64,000 nucleotides of DNA from NCBI GenBank assembly GCA_043812915.1, contig JBDRLQ010000023.1:10810-74809 (forward strand), written 5' to 3'. The DNA comes from Candidatus Micrarchaeota archaeon. GTDB taxonomy: Archaea > Micrarchaeota > Micrarchaeia > Anstonellales > Bilamarchaeaceae. Made by a program: the position numbers and the translations under genes. Under the pieces are notes generated by a model, which was not told the origin of the DNA, did not search any database, and was given only the letters and a program-made list of their open reading frames with translations. Shown piece by piece: positions 58,370 to 64,000 of this stretch; the stretch's first letter is position 1; every line of letters starts with the position of its first letter.

Positions 58370-59576
58370 CCGCCGCCTTTGGCAGGTGTATCCTGAAGAT
58401 TGTTGAGCTGGGGCTGCTCTCGAAGCTCATCCTGCCGCCGGATTCCCTCAGTCTCTGCTCTGCGGCAAATAATCCGATTCCGTTGTCACTGTTTGGTGAG
58501 GTGATTTCCCTTTTTAAGAGCGAGACTCGGACATCATGGGGAATCGGGCTGCCGTCATTCTCCACTTCAAGGATAATCTCATCCCCATCCTCAAAAGCCC
58601 GGATGGAGATGCTTCCGCTCTCCTTGTCTCTGAATCCGTGGACCAGCGCGTTGACTATGATATTCACCATCGCGCTCTGGACATCCTTGTAGGACATCAG
58701 GGCGCGCATGCCAGAGGAGGTCTCATCGCACTGGAAAAGGATGGATTTATCAGAGCCGAGACGCTTTAGTATGGGCTTTGCAAGAAGCAGTATCGATTCC
58801 ATGAACTCCTGGACATTCTCCGGCCCTGCCACCCTCTTTCCAGCAGAAAGAGTCATCATAGATGTGGACAGGCGGCTAAGATTGTCGGATGCAGCCTCCA
58901 ATTGGTCAAGCAGCTCCAGCAGCCGGTCGGATTTTATCCCCCTCTCAATGGCTGTCCGCATGAGCGAGGCCGCCCCGCCTATTACCGTCAGGTCATTTTT
59001 CATATCATGGACAACTCCGGGAATCAGGGCTGCCATTGTGGCGAGCCTTCCTATGTCCGCGATATGCCTCTCCCTTCCCGTATTTGCAACGAGCTTGATG
59101 AAAACGTGCGTGTCCTTGAGCTCCACCGGTATGAAATGGGAACGGTAGTTGCCAGCGCCCCTTCTGAATGGGAAACTGAGTTCGCCGACAACTGCATCGC
59201 CTGATTCAATGGATTCTGCCCCCCTGCAACCTGCGCACGGCCTCCCCTTTCCAAGAAGCGAGAAGCAGGGGACATCATCAAGGACAAGGCCCTCTGCGCC
59301 AACGAGCCTTGCGTATCCTTTGGAAACGTATATGGTGTCGTGGTCCGGCCTGACGACTAAAAAGCCATCGCCCACCCGGCCGAAGACTATGTCGAAGAGG
59401 GGCGCAATCTGCCTGAACTGCCGTATGTTTGTGGACTTCCATGAAATCAGCCGGACATCCGAGTCGCGCTTGGCTCCGGCAGTGGGCGGTATTGAATGCA
59501 GAACGTCTCTGGTCGCCATTGGTTTTGAAACACGACCGAGATTTAAAAATCTTGCTCCGCTTTCTCGCATTTTCAT
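58359..59576 (-). CDS. Soluble PAS-domain sensor histidine kinase
   Basis: H-box VHDMKNDL, N-box NIIVNA, ENDG and NGIGL. Confidence 0.88.
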   Translation of the reverse strand: MKMRESGARFLNLGRVSKPMATRDVLHSIPPTAGAKRDSDVRLISWKSTNIRQFRQIAPLFDIVFGRVGDGFLVVRPDHDTIYVSKGYARLVGAEGLVLDDVPCFSLLGKGRPCAGCRGAESIESGDAVVGELSFPFRRGAGNYRSHFIPVELKDTHVFIKLVANTGRERHIADIGRLATMAALIPGVVHDMKNDLTVIGGAASLMRTAIERGIKSDRLLELLDQLEAASDNLSRLSTSMMTLSAGKRVAGPENVQEFMESILLLAKPILKRLGSDKSILFQCDETSSGMRALMSYKDVQSAMVNIIVNALVHGFRDKESGSISIRAFEDGDEIILEVENDGSPIPHDVRVSLLKREITSPNSDNGIGLFAAEQRLRESGGRMSFESSPSSTIFRIHLPKAAVTS

Positions 59577-59577
59577 G

Positions 59578-60777
59578 TTAACGGCACCTAACCACTCCGG
59601 GTTCCATGGGAATATCAATGTGGAACGCGGTCCTTTCAGCAGAACTCTCGAAACTCAGCCTGCCGCCTGCCATCTCGATGCTCCTTGCAGAGGAAAACAG
59701 GCCTATCCCATTATCGCTCGATGGGCAGGTTATCGGCTCCCATAGCAGCGTTTCCTGTACTTTTGGGGGAATCATCTTCCCGTCATTTTCGATTGTTATG
59801 CGAACAGTTCCATTGAAAGTACAGGCGCTTATTTCGATATTAAGGACGCCGCCACCATCTCTCCTTCCATGGCCTACTGCGTTCAGCACTATATTCATTA
59901 TGCACCTCTGAATCGAGATTGTAGGCACGGAAACGATGATGTCATCGGGTATGTTCGCAACCACATTCACCCCCCCACCCAGGCCGCTGGCAGATGTTAT
60001 CCTGTGCCTGACAAGCCGTAGGGTTTTCTTTACAAGGGACACTAGGCTGGTGAGCTCAATCGGGGCCTGCTCTGAAATCAGGCGCGTCATGCCCTTGCAG
60101 AGCTGGGCTCCGGTTTCCACCGCGTATCTCATTTCGCCTATCGCCGAGAGGCAATCAGGGTTGGATTGAAGTTCGGCAAACATCTGGAGGTAGCTCAGGT
60201 TCCCAAGCAATGCAGAGAGCACATTGTTCATGTCATGGGCCAGCCCGCCAGCAAGCCCCCCTGCCTGCGCCAGCCTTTCCATGGCCATCATCCTCCTTTC
60301 CACCTCAATGTCCTTCATCAGCGCCATGAAAAATGTTTCTTCCCCGATGCTGAAGGGAATGTAGTTCACCCTCGCCAGAATTCTCTCTCCGCCTCTTCCG
60401 AATTCCCGGATTTCAGACATCTCACTCTCATTTTCAAGCGCCTTCATTCCCATACAGCGGTGATCCGGGCATTCCCCTGAAAAAAATGATAGGCATGGAA
60501 AATCGTCAAGCTCCGAGCCATCTGCCATGTCCCTGCCTTTCCTGAAGCTTCTGGAGGCTATCCGGACTTTGCAGTCGTGGTCCACAACTACTACTTCCAT
60601 GCCCGCGGATTGGACCTGGCCTTCCATGATAAGCCGGCTCCCCAGAAATTCCATCATCCTCCTTTTCGTGGGATTGGCGATTTGCATTCCCGAGTGCCTC
60701 GTAGTGCGCCTCCTCTCCATTCCGCCCTCTGGCTGTGCTTCGGGTGTCTGTGTCTGGCGCTTTATGACTGCTGACAT
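59578..60777 (-). CDS. Soluble PAS-domain sensor histidine kinase, tandem paralog
   Basis: AGGLAHDMNNVL, NIVLNA, ENDG and NGIGL. Confidence 0.88.
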   Translation of the reverse strand: MSAVIKRQTQTPEAQPEGGMERRRTTRHSGMQIANPTKRRMMEFLGSRLIMEGQVQSAGMEVVVVDHDCKVRIASRSFRKGRDMADGSELDDFPCLSFFSGECPDHRCMGMKALENESEMSEIREFGRGGERILARVNYIPFSIGEETFFMALMKDIEVERRMMAMERLAQAGGLAGGLAHDMNNVLSALLGNLSYLQMFAELQSNPDCLSAIGEMRYAVETGAQLCKGMTRLISEQAPIELTSLVSLVKKTLRLVRHRITSASGLGGGVNVVANIPDDIIVSVPTISIQRCIMNIVLNAVGHGRRDGGGVLNIEISACTFNGTVRITIENDGKMIPPKVQETLLWEPITCPSSDNGIGLFSSARSIEMAGGRLSFESSAERTAFHIDIPMEPGVVRCR

Positions 60778-60867
60778 ACATAGTAAGTTTTACAGAAAAG
60801 CATATAAATGTTTTATTTGAAATAGAAAAATTACAGAAAACATGAAAAGATTTGATTGGGGGACACG

Positions 60868-62112
60868 ATGGATATAAAACAATCCGCTTCATTCGCCTGC
60901 ATGAACCTGCGGGATTTTCTTCCATGCAGCATGGTCAGGATCTCCCCTTTCTCCGCCTCCCTAAATTACGCACACGCAATCTTCGAGGGCATGAGCCTCG
61001 TGAGGGTTGATGGGAAGATGCTCCTTTTCCATCCCCGCATGAACCTGGAGCGGATGCGCCAGGGGGCCAGGGCCATCGGAATCCCCATGGATTCCTTCCC
61101 TGATGAAAAAATTATAGGAAACATATTTGCCCTTGCCGCGATAAACGGCTTCCACAAGTCGGCGTGGCACGGCACCAGCATTCTCAGGGCAGGCAGGAAA
61201 ATAAACAAATTCTATGTCCGGCAGCTCCTGTTTGTAGACTCGGATAATATTGGCATGGGAGCGAGCATGAGGCCTGGCCTGCTCTCAACCATATCGCCTA
61301 TAGGCGAGCATTTGCTGCCGGACAAGCGCAGGGGCATAAAGGTGATGCTCTTTCCATTCCCGAGGAAACTGCAGTTCCCATCAATAAAGACGTCTTCAAA
61401 CTACCAGCTAGGCATATATGCGCGCACAAAGATGATGCGCTTCAACGCAGAGCACGGTGAGTGCTGCAGGGAAGTGATTTTTCAGAATTCTTACGGGGAT
61501 ATCATCGGTGCTAGCGGGGAAAATGCGGTGATGCTCCGGGATGGGGAGCTGGTTTCGCCGCCCCTCGGGGGAGGTGCCCCCCCAGGCAGCACACTCCGGA
61601 TGGTTTCTCACTTGGCAAAAGGCATGGGCATCGGATTCAGGGAAGGCAGTATCACATTGAAGGATATCGAAAGCGCGGATGCGTTTTTCCTTGCGGGCGA
61701 TCCGGCAGGCATCGTTCCGGTATCCGGGATTCTGGAGGTGGATGGCAATTTCAGGCTGAAGGGCATGCACGGCGTGCTCAGCGCGGGAAACAACACACTC
61801 CGGAAGCTGAAGGGGCAGTATGGCAGGATGGAGATCGGGGAGGGCGAGTTCCGCCGGCTGCATTATGATATGCAGGACTGGTTGAGCCTGAAGGAAACTG
61901 AGAGGCTCTATTCGTGCGGGCTCAGGTTCCTGGACAGGATGGCAAGGGCATGGAAGAAGGGGCTGGAGAATTTATCGACGCACAGGCCGAATCCCCGCAT
62001 CCTGACTCCATCCGGTGATAGCAGTTCGATGGGCGCATGCCCCGGATTTGCAGAATTTTGCGATAGTAGTGGAAAGGGGAGTGGTTTTGATGGAAACAAA
62101 GAGCGGTGTTGA
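60868..62112 (+). CDS. Divergent class IV aminotransferase-like protein
   Basis: LNYAHAIFEG and IKTSSNY are retained; other PLP-contact motifs are altered. Confidence 0.8.
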   Translation: MDIKQSASFACMNLRDFLPCSMVRISPFSASLNYAHAIFEGMSLVRVDGKMLLFHPRMNLERMRQGARAIGIPMDSFPDEKIIGNIFALAAINGFHKSAWHGTSILRAGRKINKFYVRQLLFVDSDNIGMGASMRPGLLSTISPIGEHLLPDKRRGIKVMLFPFPRKLQFPSIKTSSNYQLGIYARTKMMRFNAEHGECCREVIFQNSYGDIIGASGENAVMLRDGELVSPPLGGGAPPGSTLRMVSHLAKGMGIGFREGSITLKDIESADAFFLAGDPAGIVPVSGILEVDGNFRLKGMHGVLSAGNNTLRKLKGQYGRMEIGEGEFRRLHYDMQDWLSLKETERLYSCGLRFLDRMARAWKKGLENLSTHRPNPRILTPSGDSSSMGACPGFAEFCDSSGKGSGFDGNKERC

Positions 62113-62866
62113 TTGGGTAGATTTGGAGAAAGAGAGGCTTTATGTCCGGGACAAGGACCTGCTGAGCCTGATTGAGGGCTCGGATTTCGTGGATACGATA
62201 TTCCATATGTGGATCCACAAGAAACCTGCAGAGAATGGGAAGCGAATGCTGAACGCGGTGCTTGTAAGCTTCTGTGGGGGCTGGAGCATCACGGTGCCGA
62301 CAATCCTCTCGGCGAGGCTGGCCGCGACAACTCGGGCGCCTATTGCGCAGTGCCTTTCCGCAGGTTTCTGCTCGGGCGGCCCGGCGCACACGTCTGCCAT
62401 CGAGAGGATTATGGATATCTACAACTCCGTTGAGCTTAATGACATCGAGGGCTATGTCCTAAGGAAAATAGAGGAGGATGGAAAGATACCGGGGTTTGGA
62501 CACCCGATACTCAGGAAGGATCCGAGGCCACCGCTTCTTCGGAGGCTCTATGACGAACTGAATATCGGCGGGGAAACGATATGGAAGTTCGATAAGATCC
62601 AAGAAACACTAAACCGGAAGAAGGGGATATTCGGCAACATCGACGGCATCAACGGGGCGATTCTCAAGGACCTCGGATTCGAGGATCCATCCTATGGGCC
62701 AGCATTCTTCCTGATGAGCAGATCGTTGGCAATGACCGCCCACATAGTCGAGGAGTACAAGAACAAGCCATTCAGCGCACTGCAATATATCTATCCTGGC
62801 TTCGAGAGGATGGAATACGGTTTTTCAAAGGAGATAATGGGGGCTGAGGAGGATGTTCGGCTTTGA
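62090..62866 (+). CDS. Citrate synthase superfamily protein (citryl-CoA lyase-like)
   Basis: GPAH, IPGFGHP, DPR, NIDG and SRSLAMTAH. Confidence 0.85.
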   Translation: METKSGVDWVDLEKERLYVRDKDLLSLIEGSDFVDTIFHMWIHKKPAENGKRMLNAVLVSFCGGWSITVPTILSARLAATTRAPIAQCLSAGFCSGGPAHTSAIERIMDIYNSVELNDIEGYVLRKIEEDGKIPGFGHPILRKDPRPPLLRRLYDELNIGGETIWKFDKIQETLNRKKGIFGNIDGINGAILKDLGFEDPSYGPAFFLMSRSLAMTAHIVEEYKNKPFSALQYIYPGFERMEYGFSKEIMGAEEDVRL

Positions 62867-63716
62867 GAAGCGCCTGGAATATCCAGCAGTCTTTTTCAGG
62901 AACCTGATGGAGATTACTATGCCAAATCGGGCATTTTCATCCTGCATCTCACTTTCCGCGGGGCTAGTGCTATCCGGCCACTTCGCGCTTGAGACTGCCA
63001 TTCTTGGCGCGATGGCAATTATAACAACTTATTCCTCCCAGGCGATATACAACAACATAAAGGACATTGACGGGGACAAAGTGAACTCTTCTAGCCGGCC
63101 GCTAGCCAGCGGCTTCTTCAGCGTTTCAAGCGCGTGGGCGCTTATGGGGCTGCTCATTTTCCTCGGAATATGTTTTGCCTACCTGGCTTCGCCGATTGTG
63201 CTCATGGCGAACATGTTCGGGGCTGGTCTGGGCATAGTTTATTCAGCATATACAAAGTCGAGGTCTCTTCTTTCATACATCACCCTGGTCTCTACGCACC
63301 TTGTGCTCCCGCTGGCGACCGGCTACCTGATATCCCAATCTCTCGACTTAAAGCTTCTTTTAATTGTGGCGTTCATATACGCTTCCGAAGTCCTAGCATT
63401 TTCAATAAAGGACTACAAAGACGTCAGGGGAGATAGGAAGATGGGTATGCAGACCCTGCCAATCATACTCACGCCAAAAAAGGCATCTCTTGTGACTTTC
63501 GCAGGCTTCTGCATCCCACCCGCACTTGTTTGGATTCCATGGTCATACCTCGGGCTGTCAATGGCTTTCCTGGCGATTTATCTTGGAACTGGGGTGTTGC
63601 GGTACTTCCTCGGTCTGATGCTTCTGCGGAACCCATCATCCGCAGTCGGTGGGGAGATACTTAAAAAATTCCGGTATATACTTATGCTGCAAATGCTTGC
63701 ATGGTGTTTATCTTGA
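62853..63716 (+). CDS. UbiA family prenyltransferase (DGGGP synthase-like)
   Basis: NNIKDIDGDKVN..RPLASG and KDYKDVRGD...TLP. Confidence 0.88.
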   Translation: MFGFEKRLEYPAVFFRNLMEITMPNRAFSSCISLSAGLVLSGHFALETAILGAMAIITTYSSQAIYNNIKDIDGDKVNSSSRPLASGFFSVSSAWALMGLLIFLGICFAYLASPIVLMANMFGAGLGIVYSAYTKSRSLLSYITLVSTHLVLPLATGYLISQSLDLKLLLIVAFIYASEVLAFSIKDYKDVRGDRKMGMQTLPIILTPKKASLVTFAGFCIPPALVWIPWSYLGLSMAFLAIYLGTGVLRYFLGLMLLRNPSSAVGGEILKKFRYILMLQMLAWCLS

Positions 63717-64000
63717 GTTACCAGACCCTATTGAAACTGCTGGCCGTAAAAGCGCTGAGGATAAAGGATGGGAACATACACATATTCGAGCGGTGCATGG
63801 TGGTGCTGCCCGCCGAAATGCTAATCAAGTTCCAGGAGATTATCAGCAAGGAATCCGGAGATGAGAAGGCAGCTGAGCTTATGTATGAGGCTGGCACCTA
63901 CCAGACACTCACCGGCTCGACAAGATACCATGACAAGAAGGGTCAGTTGCGCTCGATGTTCAAGAGCCTGAATAAAACGGGCGACCCTTCTATTGAAATG
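63701..64000 (+). CDS. V4R/XylR-N-like sensor protein, 3'-truncated (absent from the ORF track)
   Basis: Manual translation is open to the window end: ...LRIKDGNIHIFERCMVVLPAEMLIKFQEII...AAELMYEAG... Confidence 0.65.
   Translation, partial: MVFILSYQTLLKLLAVKALRIKDGNIHIFERCMVVLPAEMLIKFQEIISKESGDEKAAELMYEAGTYQTLTGSTRYHDKKGQLRSMFKSLNKTGDPSIEM

Noticed and set aside
1..64000. CRISPR array, cas genes, transposase, integrase or prophage
   Set aside because: I saw no regularly spaced nucleotide repeats and no recognisable motifs for these. tRNA-Pro has no visible duplicated 3' end. Reading by eye could miss degenerate cases.

Overview
This is an archaeal genome segment, inferred to be from a DPANN lineage such as Ca. 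Micrarchaeota. The evidence is a divergent archaeal-type 23S rRNA, TATA-box promoters about 25 nt upstream of many start codons, GGTGA/GAGGTG ribosome-binding sites and archaeal lipid enzymes. Housekeeping content: a divergently split SUF cluster (sufC-sufS-sufU-dus versus sufB-sufD), an NCS2 permease, an RbgA-like GTPase, an RNase J-like MBL hydrolase, a CDP-alcohol phosphatidyltransferase, a CPA2 antiporter, tRNA-Pro(CGG), a polyprenyl synthase, IlvE, glutaredoxin and thioredoxin reductase. The 23S rRNA gene stands alone, carries two ORF-less bulge-helix-bulge introns (128 and 50 nt) and has unusual peptidyl-transferase-centre residues. An accessory block at about 8.7-34.5 kb holds orphan-like genes. 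These include a ~1277-aa protein with eight ~100-aa repeats plus a methyltransferase-like domain, and two copies of a [small Zn-finger gene -> pseudo-receiver-methyltransferase] module. The block also has a sigma70 region-4 protein, a PRMT-like methyltransferase and a repeat lipoprotein. The right end has two PAS histidine kinases facing away from an apparent operon of a degenerate class IV aminotransferase, a citrate-synthase-like protein, a UbiA prenyltransferase and a V4R-like protein. All family assignments come from reading motifs by eye; no database search was run.
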